The notes under the pieces are model-generated. The model was not told the origin of the DNA and made no database searches. It worked only from the letters and a program-made list of their open reading frames with translations. The translations under genes were made by a program, and so were the position numbers. Source: an uncultured Solirubrobacterales bacterium (GTDB taxonomy: Bacteria; Actinomycetota; Thermoleophilia; Solirubrobacterales; Solirubrobacteraceae). Taken from it: a DNA stretch of 64,000 bases. The stretch lies in assembly GCA_963770885.1 (NCBI GenBank), contig CAVYRI010000002.1, positions 29,265 through 93,264 of the forward strand. The letters run 5' to 3'. Below are positions 37,271 to 49,416 of the stretch, piece after piece. The number at the start of each line of letters is the position of its first letter. Position 1 is the first letter of the stretch.

Positions 37271-38794
37271 ATGGACGGGTCCGTGACACTCACCGGTTGC
37301 GACCTCGATCCCGCGCTGCTGGCGGCGATCGCGCGCGACGGCGCCGCGGTCGAGATCGATCCGGCGGCGCGGGCCCGGATTGCAGCCGCCCACGCGACCG
37401 TGGAGCGAGCCGTCGCGGACGGGAGGCCGATCTACGGCGTCACGACCGGGCTTGGATCGAGGGTCGGCGAGCTGGTCGCCGGCGTCGACGGGGCGGTCTA
37501 TTCGCTGCGGACGCTCCGAGGCCGGGCGGCGGCGGTCGGCCCAGCGCTCGACCGCGAGCTCTCGCGCGCGGCGATGGCGGTCAGGTGCAACGGGATCTGC
37601 GCCGGCGGGTCGGGCGCCGGTCCGGCGGTCGCCGACGGGCTGGCGGCGCTGCTCAACGCGGGCGTGCACCCGCGGATTCCCGAGAGCGGCTCGGTTGGGG
37701 CGGCGGATCTGGTGATGCTCGCCTACGTCGGTCTGGTGTTGATCGGCGAGGGAGAGGCCGAGCTCGACGGCGAGCTGATGTCGGCGTCCGACGCGCTGGT
37801 GCGCTGCGGCCTTGAGCCCGTCGCGCTCGGGGCCAAGGACGGCCTTGCGATCTGCTCGAGCTCGGCGGTCAGCGCCGGTGCGGCGGCGTTGGCGCTGCTG
37901 GACGGCGAAGGCTGCCTGGCCTCCGTCCAGGTCTCGGCGGCGCTGTCGATGGAGGGCTTCAGAGCCAACCTGACGCCGATCGACGAACGGGTCGCGGCGG
38001 CCCGGCCGGCTCCTGGGCAGGAATGGGCAGCGGGCGGGCTGCGAGCGCTGCTGGCCGACGGCTCGCTGACCGAACCGGGGTCCGCACGCCGCCTGCAGGA
38101 CCCGCTCAGCTTCCGTTGCGCGAGCCAGATCCACGGCTCGTTACGCACGGCGCTCGACCAGCTGGCTGTCGCCGTTGACGCCGAGCTCAACGGCGCGGCC
38201 GACAACCCGCTCGTGCTGACCGCCGACGATCAGATCCTGTCGACCGGCAACTTCCACGTCCCGGCGCTCTCGCTCGCGCTCGATTCGGCGGCGATTGCCG
38301 TCGCCCAGGTGGCGGCGACCGTGGCCGAGCGCCCGGCGCGGCTGCGCACCCGCGCTTTGAGCGGGCTGCCGGCCGGACTCGTCCGCGGCGACGACGTCAC
38401 CCGCACCGGCGTCTCTCCGCTGCTCAAGACAGGGCAGGCGCTGACGCTCGAGATCCGCCACCTCGCCGCGCCGCTGGCGATCCATGCGACCGTCAGCGCC
38501 GAGGGCGTCGAGGATGACTCGACCGGCGCCACGCAGGCGGCGCTACGCCTGCGAGAGCAGCTTGCGAAACTGAGGCTGCTGATCGCGGTCGAGCTGCTGG
38601 TTGCGGCCGAGGCGGTGCAGCTCGCGTCGCCGGCCCGGTTGGGGCGCGGCACCGAGGCGGCGCAGCGTTGCGTTCGTGAGCTCGTCGCCGGGGTCGACCA
38701 CGACCGGCCGCTCGGCCCGGACGTGGAACTGCTCGCGGGGGAGGCGCTCGCGTCCGGGCGGCTGCTGGACCGCGTCCGGGAAGCGCTCGCTTGA
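37271..38794 (+). CDS. aromatic amino acid lyase (HAL/PAL) family protein lacking the ASG/MIO motif (lyase 2)
   Basis: IYGVTTGLG, GSVGAADL, LGAKDGL, LQDPLSFRC, DNPLV, TGNFH, GVEDD; TATCGT 7 nt before ATG. Confidence 0.87.
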   Translation: MDGSVTLTGCDLDPALLAAIARDGAAVEIDPAARARIAAAHATVERAVADGRPIYGVTTGLGSRVGELVAGVDGAVYSLRTLRGRAAAVGPALDRELSRAAMAVRCNGICAGGSGAGPAVADGLAALLNAGVHPRIPESGSVGAADLVMLAYVGLVLIGEGEAELDGELMSASDALVRCGLEPVALGAKDGLAICSSSAVSAGAAALALLDGEGCLASVQVSAALSMEGFRANLTPIDERVAAARPAPGQEWAAGGLRALLADGSLTEPGSARRLQDPLSFRCASQIHGSLRTALDQLAVAVDAELNGAADNPLVLTADDQILSTGNFHVPALSLALDSAAIAVAQVAATVAERPARLRTRALSGLPAGLVRGDDVTRTGVSPLLKTGQALTLEIRHLAAPLAIHATVSAEGVEDDSTGATQAALRLREQLAKLRLLIAVELLVAAEAVQLASPARLGRGTEAAQRCVRELVAGVDHDRPLGPDVELLAGEALASGRLLDRVREALA

Positions 38795-39786
38795 CGGCGA
38801 TCGAGCTCACCTACCTGAGCGGAGCCGACGTCGATGCGCTCGCGCTCGGCGATGACGAGATCCTGGAATCGATTCGCGGCGTGCTGGCCGCCCAGGGACG
38901 GGGCGAGACCGTGATCGAGCCTCGCACGCACCTCTTTCCCGGGCGCGCCGACGGCCATTTCAACGTCCTGCGCGGGGTCACCGCCGAATACGCGGGCGTC
39001 AAGGTGGTGGGCGACTTCGTCGACAACCACCGGCTCGGGCTCCCCTCGGAGATGGCGCTGCTGCTGTTGGCAGACCCCGCGACCGGCGTCCCGGCGGCAA
39101 TCGTCGACGCGACCGCGATCACCGAGATGCGAACCGGGGCGGTGACGGCGATCGGCGCCGAGCACCTCGCCCGGCGCGACGCCCGCACGCTCGGCCACAT
39201 CGGCGCCCGCGGCAGCGCCTACTGGAACGTCCGTCTGCTCTGCAGGGTGCTACCCGAGCTCGAGCAGATCCGCGTCCACTCCCGTCGCCCCGCGAGTCGT
39301 GAGCAGTTCGCCCGGCGCCTGTCAGCCGAGCTCGGAATCGATGTACGGGCGGTCGATACCTGGGAGCAGTGCGTCCGGGAAGCCGACGTGGTCGTCGAGG
39401 CCTCGCGGCTCAGCAGCCCCGAGCCGCTACTTGCGACCTCCTGGATCAAGCCCGGGGCGCTCGTGATCCCATACGGGACGGTCAGCGCCGTCGAGCTCGA
39501 CCTGACCGAGGTGATGGACAAGATCGTCGTCGACGACTGGGGCCAGGTGCACTCCGGCCCGCTCGGAGCGCTCCGCGCGCACGTCGACTCGGGCCGGCTG
39601 TCGGAGCGCAACCTCCATGGCGAGCTCGGCCAGATCGTGTCCGGCGCACTCGTCGGCCGCGAGCGCGCCGACGAGACGATCCTGTTCTGGCACCGGGGGC
39701 TCTCGATCACGGACATCGCGCTCGGCGAGGCGCTGCTCGCCAAGGCCGGCGCACGCGGGGTCGGGACCCGGCTCCCCTATCGCTAG
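38791..39786 (+). CDS. ornithine cyclodeaminase/mu-crystallin family protein
   Basis: GVKVVGDFVDN, ITEMRTGAVTAIGA, GHIGARGSA Rossmann, ADVVVEAS, GLSITDIA. Confidence 0.88.
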   Translation: MTAIELTYLSGADVDALALGDDEILESIRGVLAAQGRGETVIEPRTHLFPGRADGHFNVLRGVTAEYAGVKVVGDFVDNHRLGLPSEMALLLLADPATGVPAAIVDATAITEMRTGAVTAIGAEHLARRDARTLGHIGARGSAYWNVRLLCRVLPELEQIRVHSRRPASREQFARRLSAELGIDVRAVDTWEQCVREADVVVEASRLSSPEPLLATSWIKPGALVIPYGTVSAVELDLTEVMDKIVVDDWGQVHSGPLGALRAHVDSGRLSERNLHGELGQIVSGALVGRERADETILFWHRGLSITDIALGEALLAKAGARGVGTRLPYR

Positions 39787-39811
39787 CGGCCTGCGGTAGC
39801 GTGCGGACGCG

Positions 39812-41465
<1,654 letters not shown>

Positions 41466-41469
<4 letters not shown>

Positions 41470-42716
41470 GCCCGGGCTCGGTCTCGGTCAACGGCGCCGA
41501 GCAGATCCTGCGCCCCGACCGCGACGGCCGCCCCTACATCCGCGGCACCGACGCCGGCAGCCAGACGCTCGAGCCGGGCGATCTGCTGATCGCCGAGGGG
41601 AAGATCGCCGGGTTTGAGCCCGACGGCGACGCCGCGGTGCAGGTCGACGCGTCCGGATGCGCCGTGATTCCCGGCTTCGTCGACTGTCACACCCACCTGC
41701 CGTTCGTCGGCTGGCGGGCGTGGGAGTACGAGCAGAAGATCGGCGGCGTGCCCTACGAGCAGATTTCGCGCGAGGGTGGCGGGATCGCATCGTCGGCCCG
41801 CGCGCTGGCCGAGAGCTCCGACCAGCAGGTGCTCGACCAGTCGGCTGCCCTGGCCGCCGAGATGCTGGCCGCGGGGACGACCACGTTCGAGTGCAAGTCC
41901 GGCTACGGCCGCTCGCGCGAGGGTGAGCTGCGGGCGCTGGCGCTCGCCCGTGAGCTCGACGACCGCGTCGTGCAGACGACCACCTCGACCGCGCTGCTCG
42001 CCCACTCGGTGCCGCCGGGATACACGGCCGACGAGTGGATGGATGAGGTCGAGGCGATGATGCCCGAGGTGGTTGCGCCCGGGAGCGTGAGCGCGGTCGA
42101 CATCTTCGTCGAGTCGATCGCGTTCGACAACGACCATCTGACCCGGATGGGCCGGCTCGCCGCCGACTCGGGGCTGGCGCTCCGCTGTCACGTCGAGCAG
42201 TTCGGCGGCCTGCGCTCGGTGCCGGTCGCGCTCGCAGCAGGCGCCCGCTCGGTCGATCACCTGTCGACCCTTCACAGCGATGACGTCGAGCCGCTCGCCG
42301 CATCGGAGTGTGCGGCGGTGCTGCTGCCGGCCGCCGAGTTTCTCGGCGCCGAGCACCGTGCTCCAGGGCGCCGGCTGCTCGATGCCGGCGCGATCGTCGT
42401 GCTCGCGACCGATCTGAACCCCGGCACGGCGCCGGTTGCGTCGCTGCCGGTGGTGATCGGGCTGGCGGTGCGGCTGTATGGGATGAGCCCGCGCGAGGCG
42501 CTCGCGGCGGTGACGCTGAACGGCGCCTGGACGGTGGGGCTGGAGCGCGATCGGGGGTCGATCGAGCCCGGCAAGCGAGCCGACCTGCTGGTGCTCGACG
42601 GGCCGGTGGACCGGGTCGCATACCGCTTCGGTCGTAACCCGGTTGCGGTCGTGATCGTCGACGGTGCGGTCGCCTATGTGCGTGATGACGCGCGCGGGCG
42701 GGTGAGCGAGCGATGA
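41466..42716 (+). CDS. hutI: imidazolonepropionase
   Basis: [62 protein letters not shown]. Confidence 0.88.
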
Positions 42717-43831
42717 GGAGCGCGTCGATTCCCGCGATGGCCAACGCCCACAGCCACGCGTTCCAGCTCGACCTGCGCGGGGTCGGCGAGCGGCCGCACC
42801 CCGGCGATGACTTCTGGAGCTGGCGCAACGAGATGTACCGGCTCGCCGGCAGCCATGACCCGGACTCGATGCGCGCCGTCGGCGAGCGAGTCTACGGCCA
42901 GATGGCGGCCGCCGGGTACGGCGCGCTGGGCGAGTTTCACTACGTCGTTCACCAGCCTGACGGGACGCCGTACCCCGAGCCCAACGCGATGGCGATCGCG
43001 CTTGCGCAGGCGGCCCTGGCATCTGGACTGGAGATCGTGCTGCTGCCCGCGGCCTACAACCGCGGCGGCGCCGGGCGCGCGCCAGATCCGGGCCAGCGGC
43101 GCTTCTGCGACCCCGACGTTGCGACGTTCCTTGAGCGCACCGACCGGTTGCGCGAATGGGCCGACGGCCAGCGGGGTGTCAGCGTCGGGGTCGCGGTCCA
43201 CAGCGTTCGCGCGGTCGGAGCCGACTGGATCGAGGCGATCGCCCGCTACAGCGACGAGCACCGCCTGGTCCGTCACGTGCACGCATGCGAGCAGCTGCGC
43301 GAGCTGTCCGAGTGCGACGCCGAGCACGGCTGCTCGCCGATCGAGTTGCTGCAGCGCACCGGCTTCCTCGGTCAGCGGTGCAGCGTCGTGCACGCGATCC
43401 ACGTCAGCGACCGCGACGTCGAGCTGCTCGCCGCGACCGATTCGATCGTGATCACCTGCCCGACGACCGAGGGCAACCTCGGTGACGGATATCTGCCGGC
43501 GCTGCGCTACCGCGATGCGGGTGTGCGGCTCGCGATCGGGACCGATTCCCAGGTCCGGATTGACCCGTTCGAGGAGCTGCGCGAGATGGAGACGCTCGCG
43601 CGCCGAGAACGCCAGACGCGCTATGCCCTGCTCGAGGCGGCCGACGGCGACCTCTGGGGGCAGACGGTCGCCAACGGTCGCGCGAGCCTGGGACTGTCGG
43701 GCGCAGGGCGTGAGGTTGAGATCGATCTCGATTCACCTGAGCTGGCCGGGGTGGCCGAGCGGGACCTGCCGCTCGCGCTGGCGACCTGCGCGTCGGCGGC
43801 GATCGTCCGCGGCGGGGGCGTTCGACGATGA
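42713..43831 (+). CDS. hutF: formimidoylglutamate deiminase
   Basis: [59 protein letters not shown]. Confidence 0.9.
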   Translation: MRSASIPAMANAHSHAFQLDLRGVGERPHPGDDFWSWRNEMYRLAGSHDPDSMRAVGERVYGQMAAAGYGALGEFHYVVHQPDGTPYPEPNAMAIALAQAALASGLEIVLLPAAYNRGGAGRAPDPGQRRFCDPDVATFLERTDRLREWADGQRGVSVGVAVHSVRAVGADWIEAIARYSDEHRLVRHVHACEQLRELSECDAEHGCSPIELLQRTGFLGQRCSVVHAIHVSDRDVELLAATDSIVITCPTTEGNLGDGYLPALRYRDAGVRLAIGTDSQVRIDPFEELREMETLARRERQTRYALLEAADGDLWGQTVANGRASLGLSGAGREVEIDLDSPELAGVAERDLPLALATCASAAIVRGGGVRR

Positions 43832-45219
43832 CGGTCACGCTGGCGCGCCGCGCCGACATCGACCTTGACGCGTTCAGGCGTGTGGCGTGGGAGGGTGAGG
43901 CGGTCTCGGTCGACCACGCTGCACTCGACGAGGTGGCCCGGCGGCGCGAGCAGTTTTTGACCTTCGTCGCGGCCAATCCCGACCGCAGGTTCTACGGCGT
44001 CAACGTTCACGCCGGGGAGGGCGCCAACCGCGCTTTGAGTGCTTCGGACCAGCGCGACTACGCGCGCGGCCTGCACAGCGGCACCTCGTTCGGCGAACCG
44101 CTGCCGCAGCGGGTGGTACGCGGGGTCGTGCTCTCCAGGCTGGCCAACTTCATCGAGGGCCACGCCGGGGTCAGCGCCGAGCTGGTCGAGGTCGTGGCGA
44201 GCCGACTCGACGGCCGGCGGCTCCCGCCGGTGCCGCGCTACGGAAACGGCGGCGCGGGCGAGATCCAGGCGCTCGGCTGGCTGTTCGAAGACGTCGGCGA
44301 GGAGCTGGCGCTCGGCGTCAAGGAGCCGATGGCGTTGATCAACGGCGCGCCGTGCGCCCCGGCGCTGCTGGCCGACGTGGTGCTCGTCGCCGAGCTGGTG
44401 ATCGAGGTTGTGCAAGCGGTCATGTGCCTGGCGGCCGCCGCGCTTGGGGTGGCCCCGGTGACCTATGACCGCCGGCTCGACGCGCTGTGGGGCGACCCGT
44501 TTCAGGCTCAGGCGCTGGCGGCGATCCGTGCCGCCCTGAACGGCGCCGACAAGCTGGAAGGCCTCGAGCACGCGCAACCTCCGGTGTCGTTCCGGATCCT
44601 CCCGCGCGTGGTCGGCAACGCACTCCGGGTCCTGGCCGCGGCCCGCGATGCGGCCGCGATCGCGCTGCCGGCGGTCAGCGACAACCCCGTGTTCCTGTTC
44701 GATGACGGCCCCGAAGACATGGTCTCAAACGGGGGCTTTCACAACGCCGCCGCCCCGGCCTGCATCGATGCGCTGACGTTCGCGCTGGCTGACTTCGCGC
44801 AGCTGGCCCAGCACCAGGTGCAGCGCCTGCAGACCAGCCCGCAGGCGCTGCCCGGCCTCGACTCGCTCGGGCTCGGCACGATGCAGATGGTGGCCGGGGG
44901 CTATGCCGAGGAGGCGCGAGCAGCCGCGGTTCCGTCACTGCTGCCGCTGTCGGGGTTCGGTCAGACCGACGTGCCGGCGCCCGCGTTCTTTGCCTACAGC
45001 CGCTTTGACCGTGTCCGCGGCTTCCTGCTCGGCTCGCTGACGTGTCTGGCCGCGCTCGCCGCCCAGGCGCTGGCGCGTCCCGGCCGGACCGTGCCCGGAG
45101 CCTTGGGCGCGCTCCAGGCCGCGGTGCTCGCCGCCTGTCCGCCGATCGCCGAGCGTCGCTCGCTCGGCCCGGAACTGTCGGCGCTCGCGGCCGCGATAGC
45201 TCCCGAGATCCCCGCCTGA
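43828..45219 (+). CDS. highly divergent aromatic amino acid lyase family protein, no MIO motif (lyase 3)
   Basis: FYGVN, RLANFIEGHAGVS, GNGGAGEI, KEPMALINGAP, QPPVSFRILP, SDNPV, NGGFHN; 463 aa. Confidence 0.78.
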   Translation: MTVTLARRADIDLDAFRRVAWEGEAVSVDHAALDEVARRREQFLTFVAANPDRRFYGVNVHAGEGANRALSASDQRDYARGLHSGTSFGEPLPQRVVRGVVLSRLANFIEGHAGVSAELVEVVASRLDGRRLPPVPRYGNGGAGEIQALGWLFEDVGEELALGVKEPMALINGAPCAPALLADVVLVAELVIEVVQAVMCLAAAALGVAPVTYDRRLDALWGDPFQAQALAAIRAALNGADKLEGLEHAQPPVSFRILPRVVGNALRVLAAARDAAAIALPAVSDNPVFLFDDGPEDMVSNGGFHNAAAPACIDALTFALADFAQLAQHQVQRLQTSPQALPGLDSLGLGTMQMVAGGYAEEARAAAVPSLLPLSGFGQTDVPAPAFFAYSRFDRVRGFLLGSLTCLAALAAQALARPGRTVPGALGALQAAVLAACPPIAERRSLGPELSALAAAIAPEIPA

Positions 45220-45222
45220 GTC

Positions 45223-46518
45223 ATGCCCCATCGCTATCCGTGCCTACTCGCATCGCCACCGGCCCGGCCCGGCCGGCTGTGGCTGACCGGAGCACGGCTG
45301 TTCGATGGCACCGGCGGCCAGGTGCACGAGGGCGTCGCCGTGCTGGTCAACGACGGAGTGATCGAACGGGTGGGGGAGGCCGGGGAGCCGGCGCCCGAAG
45401 GGGCTTATGTCGTGGAGCTCGATGGGCGGACCCTGATGCCGGGGCTGATCAACGCCCACGTCCACGTGCAGGGCCACCGGCCGGCGCCCGGGCACGGCGC
45501 CGAGCCGCTGTTGGCGGGCACCAGCGCGCACTTCCTGCAGGCGAGCCTGCGCGACTGCCTGCGGATGGGCGTGACGACGATCCGCAACGTCGGCTCGCAG
45601 GAGCGCCAGCCCCAGGAGGTCCGCCAGGCGATGCGCTACGGCGCCTTCCGCGGGCCGCGGCTGCTCACCTGCGGGCTGATCATCTCCGCGACCGCCCCCG
45701 GCGGGCGGTTCTACGGCGCGATGTACCGCGAGGCGGACGGCCCCGAGGAGATCCGCAAAGCCGTCCGCGAGCAACTTCGCGACGGCGCCGACTTCATCAA
45801 GGTGATGACCTGCGGCGCGCGGTCAAACGAGCTCGAGGACCCCGACCCGCTGCAGCTGACCGACGCTGAGCTGTCGGCGCTCGTCGGTGAGGCACACCGG
45901 ATGGGGGTGCGGGTGGCCGCCCATGTCGAGGGGCTCGACGGCACCGAGGCCGCGATCGAGCACGGGATGGACACGATCGAGCACGGGATGTACCTCTGCC
46001 AGCGTCCCGAGCTGCTCGAGCGGATGGCCGCCCACGGCCAGGTCCTGGTGCCGACCCTGAGCGGCTACTACTGGATGGCGGGCTTGGGCGATGCGATCGA
46101 CCCCGCCGGCGCGACGGTCGCGCCCGAGATGCTCGACAGCATCGTCGCACTCGCGCACTACAACCTCGAGCAGGGCAGCGCCTCGCTGCGGGCGGCACGG
46201 GACGCCGGCGTCCCGATCGCGCTCGGCTCAGACCGCGACGGCGTGTCGGGCGACGACACCGCCCTGGAGCTGGTGCGGATGGTCCATCACGGCCTCAGCG
46301 CACGTGAGGCGCTGCATGCGGCAACCGGCGCGGCGGCCCGCGCGATCGGCCTCGGCGAGTACATCGGCGTCGTGGCGCCCGGCCGGTTGGCCGACCTGGT
46401 GATCATCGACGGCGACCCGGTGGCCGAACCGTCGCTGCTGCTGGACCGCGATCGGATCTGGCTCGTGCTGCAGCTAGGGGAGCCCGTGGCCGGCGCGGCT
46501 TATGAGGATCGCCTGTAG
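45223..46518 (+). CDS. metal-dependent amidohydrolase (Xaa-Pro dipeptidase/prolidase-like subgroup)
   Basis: PGLINAHVH, GADFIKVMTCG, AAHVEG, TIEHG, ALGSD, GRLADLVIIDGDP. Confidence 0.88.
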   Translation: MPHRYPCLLASPPARPGRLWLTGARLFDGTGGQVHEGVAVLVNDGVIERVGEAGEPAPEGAYVVELDGRTLMPGLINAHVHVQGHRPAPGHGAEPLLAGTSAHFLQASLRDCLRMGVTTIRNVGSQERQPQEVRQAMRYGAFRGPRLLTCGLIISATAPGGRFYGAMYREADGPEEIRKAVREQLRDGADFIKVMTCGARSNELEDPDPLQLTDAELSALVGEAHRMGVRVAAHVEGLDGTEAAIEHGMDTIEHGMYLCQRPELLERMAAHGQVLVPTLSGYYWMAGLGDAIDPAGATVAPEMLDSIVALAHYNLEQGSASLRAARDAGVPIALGSDRDGVSGDDTALELVRMVHHGLSAREALHAATGAAARAIGLGEYIGVVAPGRLADLVIIDGDPVAEPSLLLDRDRIWLVLQLGEPVAGAAYEDRL

Positions 46519-47379
46519 CCTGGCCGCCTCGCGCTGGGGCGCGCCGGTGAGCCGCTCCCAGGTCACGCGAAGACTCACGTAACCGGCCGCGAGCAGCGCC
46601 GCGTCGCGCTCCCGGTCGCGCTCGAACGAGCGCTTGGAGGAGTGAAACTCCCAGCCGTCGAGTTCGACGACCACCTTGGCGTCGGCGAACAGCGCGTCGA
46701 CCTCGTAGCCGATGACGCGCACGTTCATCTGCGGCGTCGGCAGGCCGTACTCGCGCGCGAACGCGAGAAAGCGGTCCTCGAACTCCGAGCGCGTCGGGCC
46801 GGTGGCGTGCTCGGCAAACGGCCTCAGCAGGCGCGTACCGCGGTGGTACGGATTGCGTGCGATCGCGTCCGCCAGATGGTTGACGCGAAGGCCGGCGTTC
46901 AGACGCGCCTCGTTGACGGCGCGGGCTCGGCGCGCCTGCGTCAGCCTCGGCGCGATGTCGAGGACTGTGCGGGCTGGGCTGGTGACCCGAATGCCCCTGT
47001 GGCGCCGGATGTCCTGGCTTTCGAGAGCAGGGTGGAGGTGGACCCGGATCCCGGACGGGCGGCGCCGCGCGGGGACGGTGACCTCGGGGATCTGCGGCCA
47101 GCGCTTCACGAACCCCCAGAGGGCGGCCGCCGAGAAGTAGCTGAGGGCCGCCTGGTCCCCGCAGGCCAGGACGGCCGCGGCGGCGCGGGCGATCGGTTCG
47201 GGGCGGGGATGGCCGACTGCGTAGACACCTGGGTAGACCCGGATCAGCCGCCCGAGCCGTATCCGCGTCGCGATCTCGCTACGCGTAAATCCGAGCTCGA
47301 TCAGCTGGGCGTAGCTGACATGGCCGTACTGACGGGCTGCGAGGCGAGCCAGCAGGACATCTCTTGGAACCGAATGCAC
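46474..47379 (-). CDS. AbiEi-like N-terminal domain + DUF559 (Vsr-like endonuclease) protein
   Basis: LAARQYGHVSYAQL..LG, YPGVYAVGH, VTSPARTVLD, TRSEFE, EVDALF..AKVVVELDGWEFH, RDRERD, LRVTWE; start uncertain. Confidence 0.85.
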   Translation of the reverse strand: MHSVPRDVLLARLAARQYGHVSYAQLIELGFTRSEIATRIRLGRLIRVYPGVYAVGHPRPEPIARAAAAVLACGDQAALSYFSAAALWGFVKRWPQIPEVTVPARRRPSGIRVHLHPALESQDIRRHRGIRVTSPARTVLDIAPRLTQARRARAVNEARLNAGLRVNHLADAIARNPYHRGTRLLRPFAEHATGPTRSEFEDRFLAFAREYGLPTPQMNVRVIGYEVDALFADAKVVVELDGWEFHSSKRSFERDRERDAALLAAGYVSLRVTWERLTGAPQREAARLQAILISRAGHGLP

Positions 47380-47404
47380 GCTATACGTGCAGAGCGTTCC
47401 AAGA
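47362..47404. other. 43-nt inverted repeat (possible terminator or operator) between two minus-strand genes
   Basis: TCTTGGAAC-cgaa-TGCACG-ctata-CGTGCA-gagc-GTTCCAAGA directly after the stop at 47405. Confidence 0.6.
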
Positions 47405-48310
47405 CTACGTTTCCGCCCCCCTTGAAAGCCGCAACCGGACCCCCGCGGCGTCCTCATAGAGCTGCATGACGCTCATCTCGCCGGCCGAGTCACCGTAAAC
47501 CTCGCGCACCCGCACGTGGATCTGCTCGACGAGTGCCGCCAACTCCACCGACACCCCCGCGTCGCGCGCCAGTTCCACGGCCAATCCCAGGTCCTTGGTC
47601 ACCAGTGACATGAAGAACCCCTCGTCGTAGTCCCCGTCATCGAGAACCATCCGCACATCGCGCTCGAGGAACACCGAGTTGGCCGGGGAGGAAACCAGCG
47701 CCTCGTGGAGCTTGTCCAGCGACACGCCGGCCTTGACCCCCACGGTCAGGGCCTCGGCGGTCGCGACCGCCTGCACGAACCACATCAGGTTGAGCAGCAG
47801 CTTGGTCGTGTAGCCGCTGCCCTGCTCGCCGACGTGCATGATCCGCTGCGGATTGCCGATCGCCTCCAGCACCGGCCGGGCGCGCTCAAAAGCGCGATCG
47901 GATCCCCCGACATAGATCGCCAGCATCCCCGCCTCGGCGCCGATCGTCTGACCGGCCACCGGAGCGTCGACGAGTTCGATCCCACGCTGCGCGGCCAAAG
48001 CGCAGGCGCGGCGGCCGACCTCGAGCGAACTGGTGCTCATCTCGATCGCCAGCGAGCCCGGAGCCAACACCCCAAGCGCCTCCCTGAGAACCGCGTCAAC
48101 CTGCACCGGCCCCGGGAGGCTGGTGACCAACACGTCCGCCCCGTCGAGGCAGTCGGCGATCGAGGAAGCTCCGCGCGCACCGTGCGACGCGGCTCGCGCA
48201 ACGGCCTGCGCAACCACGTCAAACGCAGACACCGAGAATCCCGCCTCGCACACGTGCCGGCACATGTGCGACCCCATCCGCCCGAGCCCGATGAACGCGA
48301 CCCGCGTCAT
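47405..48310 (-). CDS. NAD(P)-dependent beta-hydroxyacid dehydrogenase (3-hydroxyisobutyrate dehydrogenase family)
   Basis: VAFIGLGRMG, VTSLP, EMSTS, VDAPVAG, catalytic TKLLLNL. Confidence 0.9.
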   Translation of the reverse strand: MTRVAFIGLGRMGSHMCRHVCEAGFSVSAFDVVAQAVARAASHGARGASSIADCLDGADVLVTSLPGPVQVDAVLREALGVLAPGSLAIEMSTSSLEVGRRACALAAQRGIELVDAPVAGQTIGAEAGMLAIYVGGSDRAFERARPVLEAIGNPQRIMHVGEQGSGYTTKLLLNLMWFVQAVATAEALTVGVKAGVSLDKLHEALVSSPANSVFLERDVRMVLDDGDYDEGFFMSLVTKDLGLAVELARDAGVSVELAALVEQIHVRVREVYGDSAGEMSVMQLYEDAAGVRLRLSRGAET

Positions 48311-49416
48311 GAGACCGAGTACCTAGACACCGCGTCCTCGTCCAACACGACACCGAGGCCAGGCTCTGAGGGGACCGCGAGCATCCCGTCGCCGTCAACG
48401 CGCACCGGCGCGGCGAGCATGAAGTCACGGCGCTCCGGCGTCCATCCGGGCGGGTCATATGGGTACTCGATGAATGGGCCACCGCCAACGCCGCAGCAGA
48501 CCTGGAGGTTGGCGAGCATCCCGATCCCGTTGGTCCACGTGTGAGGCGTGAACCAGCGATTGCGACGCAGAGCGAGGTCGGCGAGCGTGCGCGCGCCCGA
48601 GATGCCGAGCGCCAGCACGACATCGGGCTGGACTACGTCTAGCGCCTCCTGCTCGAGCGCGACGCGCAGCTCGTCAAACCCACGCGCCATCTCGCCGCCC
48701 GCGATCCGCACGCCCGACACCGAGCGCAGCATCCGCATCCCGGCCAGATCCGCGCCCGCCAGCGGCTCCTCGACCCACAGGACGCCGTACTCGTCGAGCC
48801 GTTCGATCACCCGGCGAGCGTCGGCAACACCGAGTCCAGGGGCGATGTCACCCGCCATCCGCCACCACTGGTTGAGGTCGACCATGATCTCGAGCGCATC
48901 GTCGACGGCCTCACGGATCGCGGCCACGACCGCGATCCCCTCTGCGATCCGGTCACGGGCGATCCGCACCTTGACGGCGCCGAACCCCTCCTCGACGAGC
49001 GCCCGCGCGTCGTCGCGCCGGACGTCCGCCGCTCGCAGCTCGCCCCACGACGCGTAGGCCGGCACCCGATCCAGGGCGCCGCCGAGCAGCGATGCGACCG
49101 AGACTCCGTGCGCGCGTCCGAACAGGTCCCAGAGCGCGGCCTCCACCGGCCAGTAGCGCCCGGCGTGAAAGGAGATCGTCTCGAGCGTCCTGGCATGGGC
49201 CGACAGCGCCAGCGCGTCGCGCCCGATGAACAGATGCTCGAACTCCCCAAAGCCCGTCATCGTGTCCCCCGAGCCGACCCCGGTCACCCCCTCATCGGTC
49301 TCGACGCGGACGATCGACGCTTCAAAGACACGGCGCGGATCGGGATCCCAGGCCGCGAAGAACGGCGGGTCGAGATCGAGGCGCAACCGCTGCACTCCGA
49401 TCGCGGTGATCCTCAC
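48307..49416 (-). CDS. mandelate racemase/muconate lactonizing (enolase superfamily) enzyme
   Basis: EAALWDL, GFGAVKVR, metal ligands VDLN / WVEEP / AGGE, QPDV, TPH. Confidence 0.9.
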   Translation of the reverse strand: MRITAIGVQRLRLDLDPPFFAAWDPDPRRVFEASIVRVETDEGVTGVGSGDTMTGFGEFEHLFIGRDALALSAHARTLETISFHAGRYWPVEAALWDLFGRAHGVSVASLLGGALDRVPAYASWGELRAADVRRDDARALVEEGFGAVKVRIARDRIAEGIAVVAAIREAVDDALEIMVDLNQWWRMAGDIAPGLGVADARRVIERLDEYGVLWVEEPLAGADLAGMRMLRSVSGVRIAGGEMARGFDELRVALEQEALDVVQPDVVLALGISGARTLADLALRRNRWFTPHTWTNGIGMLANLQVCCGVGGGPFIEYPYDPPGWTPERRDFMLAAPVRVDGDGMLAVPSEPGLGVVLDEDAVSRYSVS

